From assembly GCA_022563535.1 (NCBI GenBank), contig JADFNE010000016.1, positions 9,025 through 73,024 on the forward strand: DNA of 64,000 nt, given 5' to 3'. Positions 8,933 to 18,818 of this stretch are shown piece by piece. The position numbers and the translations under genes are program-made. The notes under the pieces were generated by a model. It ran no database searches. It was not told the DNA's origin and saw nothing but the letters and a program-made list of their open reading frames with translations. Within the stretch, counting starts at the first letter, position 1. Each line of letters begins with the position of its first letter. This stretch comes from Myxococcales bacterium (GTDB taxonomy: Bacteria; Myxococcota_A; UBA9160; UBA4427).

Positions 8933-11847
8933 GGCGTATCTCCCAACGCCGATGCGAGCAGCAATTCGGCGTCCAATATGGTGGTCAGCCTGCCCTGGAC
9001 CAGCGCACGACCACTCACGCAAGGTGGGTCGTCCTTGGACTTGTTCAGCTCGATCGCGATATCCACCGTGTCGATCACACGACTCGCGAGAATGCCACCC
9101 GACGTACCATCTCCACTCGGGATCAGGACATAATATTCTTCGCACTCTTCGATTGGATTTACGGAAATTTCATTTTCCAGCCGAATCAAGGGCAAGCCCT
9201 TGCCGAGATGCTGCATGTACTCGGAGCCGCCAATCCTTTCGATCTCGTTGGCTTCGATTTTTTCGAGCCGTACGATCTGTGCGAGATCGACAGCGAACTG
9301 TTCTGATGCCGCATTGGCAAAGAGAATCAGTTCTCGCCGGCTGCCGGTGGTCTCATCAATTTTGCGCTCGCGACGATCCGACTCTTCCGCCAAATCGTGG
9401 AAGCGAAGGTTCGTATCTGCAGCGATGCCCGCAACGTCGAGAATCATCGCCACCCGGCCGTCGCCCATGATCGTGGCACCGGCATAGCAGCGACAACCTT
9501 TAATGAATTGCGAAAGCGGCTTCACCACGATTTCTTCACTGTCTGCAATGCGATCGACAATCAACCCGTAGCGGTGTTCACCCGAGCGCAGCACGACCAC
9601 GTGGATGGCCGATTGATTCTCGTACGTCCTTCTGGTCTCCGAAGTATCGTCCGCATCCCGGGCAGCATCACTCGTGGCGGCCGCGACTGGACGCTCCGCG
9701 AGGTTCTTTCTTCGATCGGGATTCTTGGCTCCAGTCTCTGGGTCCTCGAAATACCTTGGAATTTCGAGGGTATCGGCGAGTCGTACCAAAGGAAGTAAAC
9801 GTCCCCTCAAGCGCAGCACGTCGGCTCCCTTGATCTGCTCGAGGCGTGTTGGGATTTCCGATGCCTTGATCCTCACAATCTCGACCAGGTTTACCTGGGG
9901 GACCGCGAAGCGCTCTTGATCGACGACTACGATCAGAGACGGAACGATCGCGAGGGTGAGGGGTAAGCGGATGCGAATGGTTGCGCCCTTCCCCACCTCG
10001 CTATCGATATCGATTTTGCCGCCGAGTTTTGTGATGTTCGCCTTCACGACGTCCATGCCCACGCCGCGGCCCGAGACCTCAGTGACCTCAGCCGCGAGGG
10101 AAAAGCCGGCGGCGAAGATCAACATCACCGCATCAGAATCGCTGAGCGCTTCGGCTTCTTCTGGGGTCATCATGCCGCGTTCGATCGCCAAAGCGCGGGT
10201 CTTCGCTGGATCGATTCCCCGACCATCGTCACGGATCTCGATATTGACCTGACCGCCCTCGTGATAGGCGTGCAGTTCAATCAGGCCGGATTCGGATTTA
10301 CCCACAAGCAGCCGCTTTGCAGGGGCCTCGATTCCGTGGTCCAACGAATTGCGCACCAGATGTGTCAGGGGATCGGAGAGCAATTCGATGATCGACTTGT
10401 CTAGTTCAACTTCGCTGCCTTCGATCACCAAATCGACCTTCTTGCCGAGTTTTCTCGAAAGGTCTCTCACCACCCGGTGATACTTCTTGAAGACATTCCC
10501 GACCGGTTGCATCCGAGTGTTCATGATGTTGCTCTGCAGATCACTCGTCACGATATCGATGTTCTGCAACACACCCTTGATGCTGGGATCGTCGGTCTGA
10601 TCCAGGCGCGCGAGCAACTGATTTCGACCGAGCACCAATTCACCCGCGAGGTCCATCAATTTGTCGAGCAGGTCGACAGAAACGCGAACCGTTTCAGCCG
10701 CCTCCATCTTTTTGCTTGCGACCTTCGGCTTGCCGCTGTCACCAGAATTGCTTCCTGCGCCTCCAGCGCTTCCGGCAGCGGGTGGATCGGGCTTGCTTTC
10801 CGGTGCCGCCGATACTTCAGCTCCAACAACAGCTCCAACAACAGCTGCAACTGCTGTCTCGGTCGGCTTTGACCCGGCGACAGGAGGTGTCACGGCCTTC
10901 GATTCTGCGACCGCAGCCGGTTTGGACTCTTTGGCCGCCGCGGGCTGACTCTTGGCGCCGTCCTTGCCTGTTTTCTTGTTCGTCACCTGAGCGAGTCGGT
11001 CGTCGGACATCGTCACCCGCTCGCGCAGCAATCGAATGCGGCTTGGATCGATCCCGAGCGCCCCGGCTACCAGGTCGATTTCGAGAACGGAACCAATCTG
11101 AAGAGCGAGACATCCTCCCGTGAGTTCCGCAGGCAAGGCGGACAACACCTTGCCGATCGACCCAGCGCGTTTCTTGGTGTCGTGAACGAGTGATTTTTGC
11201 TCGAGAGGTACGTCGTCGAAGACGATTCCGTATATTCGCTGGCCGAAGCGTGCCACTTCTTCGGCCGCCTCTTCGTTGATGACAAATTCGGGGAACGAGT
11301 CATCGGTCGCCGATTCTCCGGTGCTCTCAGGGGAAACTGCGGTAGCCGGCTCCGGTTGTGGTTCGGGAACGGGTTCGGCCGCCTCGGCCTCTACGGCGGG
11401 AGCGGGAGGGACAGTGGCACTCTCGGCGGGTGCCTCGGCGCTCGCCGCTTCCGGCGACGCACCTTCGCCCTCGATCAGCGGCTTGAGTCTGTCAATTTCT
11501 TCGTCGATCGAGAGATCGACCACTTCGGGCAAGGCTTCGATCAACTGACTGAGCTTGTCGACTCCCGCCAGCAGCGCATCGGTCATGTCCGATTGGAAGA
11601 CCAACTCGCCGTCCCGGACTCGCATCAGGAGATTTTCCATGATGTGAGCGAGATTTTGGATTCGATCCAGACCGAAGAAACCGGCGGCGCCCTTGACACT
11701 GTGCGCAGCGCGAAAAATCTGATTCACAACTTCGAGTTGCGCTTCGCCCTCGAGCTCTTCGATCTCCAAAAATAGAGGCTCGATTTCGGTCATGTGTTCC
11801 AGGGACTCTGTACGGAAATCCTGGAGAAGTTCCTGATCCTCGTCCAT
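8929..11847 (-). CDS. cheA: Chemotaxis histidine kinase CheA with a second C-terminal CheW-like domain
   Basis: Hpt IFRAAHSVKG; VRVSVDLLDKLMDLAGELV; HLVRNSLDHGIE; DDGRGID; SGRGVGMDVV; LPLTLAI; P5 plus extra CheW domain; ATG 11847 with G-rich RBS. Confidence 0.96.
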   Translation of the reverse strand: MDEDQELLQDFRTESLEHMTEIEPLFLEIEELEGEAQLEVVNQIFRAAHSVKGAAGFFGLDRIQNLAHIMENLLMRVRDGELVFQSDMTDALLAGVDKLSQLIEALPEVVDLSIDEEIDRLKPLIEGEGASPEAASAEAPAESATVPPAPAVEAEAAEPVPEPQPEPATAVSPESTGESATDDSFPEFVINEEAAEEVARFGQRIYGIVFDDVPLEQKSLVHDTKKRAGSIGKVLSALPAELTGGCLALQIGSVLEIDLVAGALGIDPSRIRLLRERVTMSDDRLAQVTNKKTGKDGAKSQPAAAKESKPAAVAESKAVTPPVAGSKPTETAVAAVVGAVVGAEVSAAPESKPDPPAAGSAGGAGSNSGDSGKPKVASKKMEAAETVRVSVDLLDKLMDLAGELVLGRNQLLARLDQTDDPSIKGVLQNIDIVTSDLQSNIMNTRMQPVGNVFKKYHRVVRDLSRKLGKKVDLVIEGSEVELDKSIIELLSDPLTHLVRNSLDHGIEAPAKRLLVGKSESGLIELHAYHEGGQVNIEIRDDGRGIDPAKTRALAIERGMMTPEEAEALSDSDAVMLIFAAGFSLAAEVTEVSGRGVGMDVVKANITKLGGKIDIDSEVGKGATIRIRLPLTLAIVPSLIVVVDQERFAVPQVNLVEIVRIKASEIPTRLEQIKGADVLRLRGRLLPLVRLADTLEIPRYFEDPETGAKNPDRRKNLAERPVAAATSDAARDADDTSETRRTYENQSAIHVVVLRSGEHRYGLIVDRIADSEEIVVKPLSQFIKGCRCYAGATIMGDGRVAMILDVAGIAADTNLRFHDLAEESDRRERKIDETTGSRRELILFANAASEQFAVDLAQIVRLEKIEANEIERIGGSEYMQHLGKGLPLIRLENEISVNPIEECEEYYVLIPSGDGTSGGILASRVIDTVDIAIELNKSKDDPPCVSGRALVQGRLTTILDAELLLASALGDTP
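10818..10853. repeat. In-frame 12-bp tandem repeat CAGCTCCAACAA x2 plus a degenerate third copy inside the cheA linker
   Basis: Units 10818-10829, 10830-10841 and 10842-10853; encodes AVVGAVVGA. Confidence 0.75.
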
Positions 11848-11933
11848 CTCCCTCCCCCCTATCACAGGGGTCACCCGTCCGCGCCGTATTCGGCTCGAAT
11901 CCAGGCAAACGATCCGCCCCTGCTGGAACATTC

Positions 11934-11961
11934 TTATCGTTTGGCAGAAAGATCTACTTGA
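11934..11961 (-). promoter_or_regulatory. Candidate sigma28 (FliA)-type promoter of the che operon
   Basis: Minus strand TCAA-N16-AACGATAA, 86 bp upstream of cheA; consensus is T(A/C)AA-N15-GCCGATAA, so imperfect. Confidence 0.35.
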
Positions 11962-12167
11962 ACTGCAATCCCCGGACTTAGAACACTTTCTGGCGAGCCT
12001 GCAATTCGCCCCAGCGTCAGGGTCGGGAAAACACTCCAGCGAGACAGCATGGACCTGGGCGAATGCAATTGATCTGGGTCAGACGGTTTCGTCGGGGAAC
12101 CCGACGACGGATCGGGTGATGGCGACCTGGAGCACTAGAACGCTCTCAAAGCGACGAGTAGCAAAGT

Positions 12168-13643
12168 TCAGAAACTGTATTTTGCACCGGCGAAGAAACG
12201 GTCATTTTTCTCGCTGTTGGCGAAAAAGATGTTGTCTCCGGATTGAAAGAGCAGGAACCCCGCGTTGACACTCAATGCGTCGATTACGTCGTACGCAGCG
12301 GAAAGTCGAACGAAGCTTCCGTCCTGCGCCGCTTCCCCGATCACGAAGCTCAGCATCGTCAGGTGAAGTTGGTCATTCATCAGATCGACGCTGATGCGCA
12401 GCGCTGTTTCGAGCGTGTCCTTCTGGGCGAAATCTGGCAAGCGACCCATCGCGCTCTCAAAGCCGTTGATGTGCCGCTGAGCGATCTCGAGCACGATGTT
12501 GACGTCGCTGATTCCGTAGTATTCAACGCCGATCATCGTGTCGACGCGAGACTTCTTCTCGTCCGCCCAAAAGAATTCGAAACCGTCCAGGTAGGCAATT
12601 TCCGACTTGATCAACCACGAACCAAAGGTGTAGTTCGCGCCACTGCCCAGCATCCAAAGTCGGCTGTGTTCTAATTGCCCATCGCCCGGGTCGAAGTGGG
12701 CGCGGTCATCGTTGTAGCGTGCGGCCTGCAGCGATACATCCCAGCCGCTGAATACCCCCGTGAGGTTGACGGCAAACTCGGTTGCTTTGCCGAAGTCCTT
12801 CTCGATTCTTTCGTCGCTGAGCGCCTCGGCGTTGCCGGTTATTGACATAAACCTGAGCATTTCCGCTGGAGTCAGTGTTGCATTGAGCGCAATGATTACG
12901 TCGATTCCGACATCCGGCGCCTGGTCTGAACCCCGGGCCGGCGAGATGCCGTACCGCACCTCGGGAATCGCGAGCAGCGTGAGAGTCCATGGACCCCAAA
13001 AGACTCCGAGCTTCGCCATCCCTACCGAGCGCCGGATGTCTTCGATATCAACCAGGCCAGGCTCCCGACTATCCAGCGGGTTGATGATGTCCAGCACCCT
13101 GAGCGACTCGCTTCGCCCCCAGTTTACGACCTGGCGCCCGATCTTGAGATCCACCCGCTCGTGCAGGCTTCCTTCGAAGTAGGTGTCCGTGACTTCAAAG
13201 TCGTTCTCGTAGGTGTTCTTCACTTCGCGCGTGTAGCCACGGCGCCCGTTCATCTCGTACGCGAGATCGTAGAAGCCATAGCCCGACGTGCGCAGCTTCC
13301 AGCCTCGGGGCAGGTCGAGATCGAACTGCAGGGCGAGCTTGGTTCGGAAGCGTTGGAGCCCCGAGTAATCGTCGCCGGTTGGCGAATCGTGGTTGTGGAG
13401 ACTTGCCGTCAACCCGAAGTTCAGATCGCCCTGTAGACTCCAAACACGATCTTCCATAGCAGCGGATGGCTCACTCTGTGCCGGGTCGACTTCGAACTCG
13501 TCGCTCTCGTCGAATCCTGCGAGAACGTCGTCCATCGCATCATCCTGGGCAGCGGCCGGGACGACGGAGAACCCCAGTGCGACCCAGATCAAGCTGAGCG
13601 CGAGAATTCTCTTCAGCAGACTGCCTCGAAGCATGGGCGCCAT
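12168..13643 (-). CDS. DUF1302-like outer-membrane beta-barrel protein
   Basis: Signal peptide, LKIGRQVVNWG, DIINPLD, C-terminal aromatic strand (AGAKYSF); follows a LolA-like gene. Confidence 0.8.
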   Translation of the reverse strand: MAPMLRGSLLKRILALSLIWVALGFSVVPAAAQDDAMDDVLAGFDESDEFEVDPAQSEPSAAMEDRVWSLQGDLNFGLTASLHNHDSPTGDDYSGLQRFRTKLALQFDLDLPRGWKLRTSGYGFYDLAYEMNGRRGYTREVKNTYENDFEVTDTYFEGSLHERVDLKIGRQVVNWGRSESLRVLDIINPLDSREPGLVDIEDIRRSVGMAKLGVFWGPWTLTLLAIPEVRYGISPARGSDQAPDVGIDVIIALNATLTPAEMLRFMSITGNAEALSDERIEKDFGKATEFAVNLTGVFSGWDVSLQAARYNDDRAHFDPGDGQLEHSRLWMLGSGANYTFGSWLIKSEIAYLDGFEFFWADEKKSRVDTMIGVEYYGISDVNIVLEIAQRHINGFESAMGRLPDFAQKDTLETALRISVDLMNDQLHLTMLSFVIGEAAQDGSFVRLSAAYDVIDALSVNAGFLLFQSGDNIFFANSEKNDRFFAGAKYSF

Positions 13644-13655
13644 CCGCTCGAACCG

Positions 13656-14477
13656 CTACAAGCCCTTCTCGAGTTTTCGGATGGTAAAGTCGGCTTCGGC
13701 GAGTTGTTGATTGAATCTTATGTTCGAGGTTTTGAGAATGGTCTTGTGCAGGGTGGCTTTGCCCTTTTTGGTCGTCATCGAAAGTTCGGTGGCGACCCAG
13801 ATCCCGTCGATCAACTCGAGGCCCTGGATTTCCATGTAGCGCAGCCGCTTCCCCTTCTTGCGCCAACCCACCGAGCGGATCACCACAAAGTTGTCTTGGC
13901 GTACGAAGGCCACGAACTTCGTGTAGCCGGTTTCGTCGATCTCCTCTTCGGTCTTCGGGATCGATTCAATTTGCCAGACTTTGTGGCCCTTGACCTCGGT
14001 TTCCTTCATCAAAGTGTGGGTGTAATGATCGACCGAGCGCGACGACATGTCCGAGTAGTTGAAATCGCTCCCCATGAAGCTGCCGCTCTTATCCCCTGCC
14101 GCGATCCGCTTCGTCTTCTTGAGCGCGGGCAGGTACAACCACTGATCGTCATCGGCGTCATCGTCGTCGTAGTCGTAGGTGAGAAACCCGGTGTCTTTCA
14201 CGTCGGCCGGCGAAAGAAAAAACATCAGGGTGTAGTCGTCCTTCCCAAAGTTCTTGCTGAAGGTGCGCATTTTTCGAATCCGCTGCTTACCTCGCTTGTC
14301 GATGAGAATCATCTCCATGTCGGACACGCGGTTGTCTCCATCGTCGCGATCCTTGACCTTTTGCATGATCTCCCGAGCCGAGAGGTCATCGGCCATCGAA
14401 CTGCCCCCAGCGGTGAGCCCGCAGAAGACAAGAAGCGAGAGAAACGAGCACGACAGCGAGGGTCGACGTAGCTCCAA
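13656..14477 (-). CDS. Outer membrane lipoprotein-sorting (LolA-like) protein
   Basis: FLSPADVKDTGFL, DDQWLYLPALKKTKRI, SFMGSDFNYSDM; TTG start at 14477 with TAGGAGA RBS gives a signal peptide. Confidence 0.88.
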   Translation of the reverse strand: MELRRPSLSCSFLSLLVFCGLTAGGSSMADDLSAREIMQKVKDRDDGDNRVSDMEMILIDKRGKQRIRKMRTFSKNFGKDDYTLMFFLSPADVKDTGFLTYDYDDDDADDDQWLYLPALKKTKRIAAGDKSGSFMGSDFNYSDMSSRSVDHYTHTLMKETEVKGHKVWQIESIPKTEEEIDETGYTKFVAFVRQDNFVVIRSVGWRKKGKRLRYMEIQGLELIDGIWVATELSMTTKKGKATLHKTILKTSNIRFNQQLAEADFTIRKLEKGL

Positions 14478-14690
14478 GAGAGTTCTCCTATTGCAAAACA
14501 AGCCGAGAGTGTGCCGCGTTTCCAATATCAGGGGAAGTGCCGCTGATCGCTGCATCTCTGCAACTTCGTTCAATCATTTCGTGTCGCGCCCCTTTACGTG
14601 AAGGCATCGGCGTCTCACACTGGAGGCCCGGATGCAGGCCCTGCCGAACCCGCAGCGCCGAGCGAACCCAAGGCGAGAGCAGGAGAAACC

Positions 14691-15815
14691 ATGTCGGACA
14701 GTCCCGTTGCGAAGACCATGCGAGCCGCGCTGCTCGAAGCACCTGACAAGCCTCTGACTCTGGTCGACGATATCGAAATCCGGGCACCCCATGCCGGAGA
14801 GGTTCGCGTCGCGGTCAAACATTGCGGGCTGTGCCATTCGGACGTGAGCATCATCAACGGATCGTTTCCCAGCCCGCTGCCGATCATACTCGGCCACGAA
14901 GCCGCCGGGATCGTGGATGCGGTGGGACCCGGCGTCGTGCGCCTGAAGCCCGGCGACCGCGTCGTTCTCACGCCCTGCCCACCTTGCGGCAGCTGCTACT
15001 GGTGCGTTCGCAACGAGCATTCGCTCTGCGTCAACACGGCGAGCATCATGACGAATTCGCTACCGGACGGATCGACGGGGCTTTCGCGGGGCGGCAGCGC
15101 GGTTTATCGCGGTCTCGGGGTGGGGGCCTTTGCGGAATATGTGATCGCACTCGAGACCGGAGCCATCAAGATTCCAGATTCCGTACCCCTCGACGTCGCC
15201 TGCGTGATCGGTTGTGCGGTGCAGACGGGGGTAGGAGCCGCCCTCAACACCGCCGGGATCAAGGAGGGCGATACGGTGTTGGTGCTGGGCCTGGGCGGGG
15301 TCGGCCTCTCCATTGTGCAGGGTGCCCGGTTGGCGGGGGCGAGCAAGATTCTCGTTTCCGACCCGGTCGCAGAGCGAAGAGAATACGCGCGCAAGTTTGG
15401 CGCCACCCACCTGATCGATCCGACTGAGGTGGAAGACGTCGCTGCCAAAGTCGTCGAACTGACCGAGGTGGGGGCGGATTTTGCGTTCGAAGCCGCGGGC
15501 GTCGGCAAACTCGTGGAGGTCGCAATTGCCGCCATCCGCAACGGAGGCACGACCGTCATGGTCGGGGCGCCGCCACTGACCGACATGGTCAGCTTCCTGC
15601 CCGCGCTGTTGGTGTTCCAGCAAAAGAAGATCAGCGGTTGCACCCTGGGCAGCTGCAACTCGCTGCACGAGGTCCCGCGCTTGATCGGTCTGTATCAAGC
15701 GGACCGACTCGATCTCGAGGGTCTGATCACGCAACGTCGCCCACTCGCAGAGATCAATCTCGCTGTGGAAGATCTCATCGCGAGCCGCGGAATTCGCACC
15801 GTGATCAATCTCTAG
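14691..15815 (+). CDS. Zn-dependent alcohol dehydrogenase (MDR family)
   Basis: GLCHSD, GHEAAG, CGSCYWC..C structural Zn, GCAVQTG, GLGGVG; AGGAGA before ATG 14691. Confidence 0.93.
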   Translation: MSDSPVAKTMRAALLEAPDKPLTLVDDIEIRAPHAGEVRVAVKHCGLCHSDVSIINGSFPSPLPIILGHEAAGIVDAVGPGVVRLKPGDRVVLTPCPPCGSCYWCVRNEHSLCVNTASIMTNSLPDGSTGLSRGGSAVYRGLGVGAFAEYVIALETGAIKIPDSVPLDVACVIGCAVQTGVGAALNTAGIKEGDTVLVLGLGGVGLSIVQGARLAGASKILVSDPVAERREYARKFGATHLIDPTEVEDVAAKVVELTEVGADFAFEAAGVGKLVEVAIAAIRNGGTTVMVGAPPLTDMVSFLPALLVFQQKKISGCTLGSCNSLHEVPRLIGLYQADRLDLEGLITQRRPLAEINLAVEDLIASRGIRTVINL

Positions 15816-16109
15816 CGCAGCCGAGATCGATTCTTTTCAGCCGTCATTTTTGCTGAGAAACAACCGTTTCGCAGTGAACATCGTCAGCGCTGATTCTGGC
15901 TGGCGCGGTCGCGCGGATCGCTTTCTGACATCGACATTGCATCGCGAAGTTCTAACACGCGAAGGCATGCGAGCGCCCCTTCAAGTCCCGCTCGGCACTC
16001 TGAGTGCTGCGGTGAGGCGCAAAACATTGCGAGCGAAAATCGCATTTCTGATCGAGGGCGAGCGGGTGCCCAGTGAGAAGTTCCGATCTCGCGGGAAGGC
16101 AAACTGGAG

Positions 16110-16484
16110 TCAGTCCGAACGGCGCCAGTCGACCACAAAGACATCGCCATCGCGAACTTCGACGGGAACCGATTCCAGGGAATCCCCCGAACAGGGTCCC
16201 GAAAGACAAAAGCCATCATTCACTCTGAACACTGCGCCGTGGGTCGCACAGATGATTTGTTTGCGATCGAGATCGAGAAAACGATCGGGGGTCCAATTCA
16301 ATGGCGTCCCCTGGTGGGGACAGCGATTGACGAAGGCCCGAACGCCGGCACCGTGGCGCACTACGAGAATGCCCGCCTGATTGGGCGCGTCCCCGGCGAA
16401 GCCGACCGCGTCCAACGCCTCGCCTTCGGGCAAATCCGCCAGGCGACACAGACGCAAACTTGGCAGCTCGCTGGGCTGGGACAT
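16110..16484 (-). CDS. Rieske [2Fe-2S] ferredoxin
   Basis: NRCPH and CATHGA motifs, SGPC. Confidence 0.9.
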   Translation of the reverse strand: MSQPSELPSLRLCRLADLPEGEALDAVGFAGDAPNQAGILVVRHGAGVRAFVNRCPHQGTPLNWTPDRFLDLDRKQIICATHGAVFRVNDGFCLSGPCSGDSLESVPVEVRDGDVFVVDWRRSD

Positions 16485-16504
16485 CTTCGGCTCGGTCTCC
16501 GCTT

Positions 16505-16780
16505 TCAGGACAAACCGGCTTTGGGTGCACTCGCCGTAATGGACAGCGCATGGATCTCATGCTTCATCTCGGATTCGAGAATCTGATACACCAGTCGCTG
16601 GGCGGCGACGCGACCGAGCCCCGCGAAGCGTTCGGACACGATACTCACACGAAAATGGCCTCCGCCCTCGCGCGCGCCCACATGTCCCGCGTGAAGATGA
16701 CTCTCGTCGACGACTTCGATCTCGACCGCATCGAGCGCTTCTCTCAACTTGGCTTCGATCTTGTCGCTCCGTTCACTCAT
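16505..16780 (-). CDS. BolA family protein
   Basis: DESHLHAGH, GHFRVSIVSERF, RLVY, IHALSI; ATG 16780 with GGAG RBS. Confidence 0.92.
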   Translation of the reverse strand: MSERSDKIEAKLREALDAVEIEVVDESHLHAGHVGAREGGGHFRVSIVSERFAGLGRVAAQRLVYQILESEMKHEIHALSITASAPKAGLS

Positions 16781-16979
16781 GGAATCTCCAGGATTGTCAA
16801 AAACAGGGAATCGCGAAGCGGCCCCAGGCTCTTGGGCACTACGCGCGAGAGAGACTAGCGCCCTTCCGCGTTTCGAAAGAGACCCCATCGGTCCGCACAG
16901 GAGATTCAGCGGCCAACCGGCTATGCTGTGCCCGCCTGCCATCGGGGCCAAGGGCCCCACTAGATTCGGAGAACCGCGA

Positions 16980-17543
16980 GTGTTGAAATGGATCGGCAAA
17001 TTCTATTTGGCAGTCTTTGGTTGGAAGAGCGAAGCGGGCCGCCCGCTCGAGTCCAGGTACGTGCTGATTGCGGCGCCCCACACCAGCAATTGGGACCTGC
17101 CGTTCATGATGGCGCTCGCCTGGAGCTATGAGATGAAGGTGCGGTGGATGGGCAAGCACGTGCTGTTCTACTGGCCCTACGGATGGTTCATGCGCCTGAT
17201 GGGCGGACTCCCCATCCACCGAGAATCCAGCAACGACCGCGTCCAGGGAATGGCCGACGAGTTTGCGAAGCGAGAAGACTTTATCCTGATTGTCCCTGCC
17301 GAGGGCACCCGTAGCTACACCGCGCACTGGAAGTCCGGCTTCTACCACATCGCCAGGCTGGCCCGAGTCCCCATCGTGATGGGCTATCTCGACTTCGAAC
17401 GCAAGCGAGGTGGCTTCGGCCCGGCACTCATCCCGGGCGAGGACATCACCAGCGACATGAACCAGATTCGTGATTTCTATCGGGACAAGATCGGCAAGCG
17501 CCCGGAGCTATTCGGCCCGGTGCGTCTCAAAGAAGAGATGTAG
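16980..17543 (+). CDS. Lysophospholipid acyltransferase (PlsC-like)
   Basis: APHTSNWD (HxxxxD), PAEGTRS, WKSGFYHIA; GTG 16980 with GGAG RBS. Confidence 0.9.
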   Translation: MLKWIGKFYLAVFGWKSEAGRPLESRYVLIAAPHTSNWDLPFMMALAWSYEMKVRWMGKHVLFYWPYGWFMRLMGGLPIHRESSNDRVQGMADEFAKREDFILIVPAEGTRSYTAHWKSGFYHIARLARVPIVMGYLDFERKRGGFGPALIPGEDITSDMNQIRDFYRDKIGKRPELFGPVRLKEEM

Positions 17544-17567
17544 ACAGCATCCAGCTGGGACCCAACT

Positions 17568-18818
17568 GTGTTCTTTCGAGACGATCAAATTGGCTGGGAT
17601 GCGCTCGCGATCTCGATGGCCATCATGTTCTTCATCGCCCCCATCATCATGACGGTCCACTTCGCACATCGCGGCGAAGATCCCGCCGGACCGGATCCGC
17701 TGGTGGTACGCGGCGGGGATTTGATTCAGTTCTGGACCGGCGCCGCGGTTCTCGACGCCAACATCCCCTCGCGCAATCTTTACGACCGAGAAGCATTCAG
17801 GGAAGCGTTCAAATCCGTCGAGCGCACAGATGCCAATTCTCGCTACAACCCCACCTACCCGCCCCCGATCTACCAGGGCTTCAATGCCCTCGAGGGCCTG
17901 GGGCAGATTCGCGCCAGCAAGCTCCTGCTCTGGGGGTTCCTGCTCGCCTATGGGCTCGGGATCACGCTCCTGCTGCGCAGCGCAGGTTTGGACTTACCCC
18001 GGGGCACTGAGGGCTGGCTATTGCTCTGGGCTGCGCCGGCCAGCCAGCTCGGGATAGCCACTGGACAGCCCGCGGCGCTCTGGCTCGCGCTGTTGGGAGG
18101 GGGGCTCGCGCTGCGGCAAAGCAAGCGCGACATTCTCGCGGGTATCGTTTTGGGGATCCTCTGCATCAAGCCCACCGTCGCGGCCCCTGTCGCGCTGGCG
18201 CTGGCACTCGCGGCGCAATGGCGCATGGTTGGCGGCTTCGTGCTCGGGGGCGCAGGCGTGCTCGCACTTTCGATCGCGGCGGATGGGATCGAGATCTGGG
18301 CTGGGTATGTCGAGATGCTGTTCGACACCCCCGACCTCACACAGCGGTTGTGGTTTCATCTAAATCGACACGTCAGTTTACGCAGTCTTGTAGCGATGCC
18401 TTTTTCGGGCACGTCGTGGGCTATGCCGGTGGGCGTTGCCGGGGGGGGCGCGGCGTTCGCTTTTGCGCTTTGGCTGCGCGGCAAACTCGCTCCGATCTTC
18501 GCGCGCGACACGCACTCGTTTCCCGCGTTCGCGCTTCTGCTCGGGGCCTGCACCTTCGCCACGCCGCATCTTCTCGACTACGACCTCATTCTCTACTACC
18601 CGATGATGATTTGGGCCGCCTATCGAATCGCAGAGAAGCGCGCCCAACGCGCGCGCGTGGGAATCGCGGCCTTGATTTTCTTTTACATCGTCCCCATCGC
18701 CTATCCGATCTCTGAATGGATTCACTTCAGCGTGGCGAGCCTCGCGCTTCTGCTTCTGTTGGGATGGTGTACTGCCGAGATCGATTTCGGCGGGGGTATC
18801 GAGGCGGATGAAGGGTGA
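17568..18818 (+). CDS. Glycosyltransferase family 87 (GT-C) membrane protein
   Basis: GGDLIQFW, NLYD, YNPTYPP, GQ, IKP, PHLLDYD; about 10 TM segments. Confidence 0.8.
   Translation: MFFRDDQIGWDALAISMAIMFFIAPIIMTVHFAHRGEDPAGPDPLVVRGGDLIQFWTGAAVLDANIPSRNLYDREAFREAFKSVERTDANSRYNPTYPPPIYQGFNALEGLGQIRASKLLLWGFLLAYGLGITLLLRSAGLDLPRGTEGWLLLWAAPASQLGIATGQPAALWLALLGGGLALRQSKRDILAGIVLGILCIKPTVAAPVALALALAAQWRMVGGFVLGGAGVLALSIAADGIEIWAGYVEMLFDTPDLTQRLWFHLNRHVSLRSLVAMPFSGTSWAMPVGVAGGGAAFAFALWLRGKLAPIFARDTHSFPAFALLLGACTFATPHLLDYDLILYYPMMIWAAYRIAEKRAQRARVGIAALIFFYIVPIAYPISEWIHFSVASLALLLLLGWCTAEIDFGGGIEADEG

Noticed and set aside
15816..16109. 294-bp gap between convergent genes as a possible ncRNA or small gene
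   Set aside because: No recognisable RNA motif, strong hairpin or credible ORF; left unassigned.
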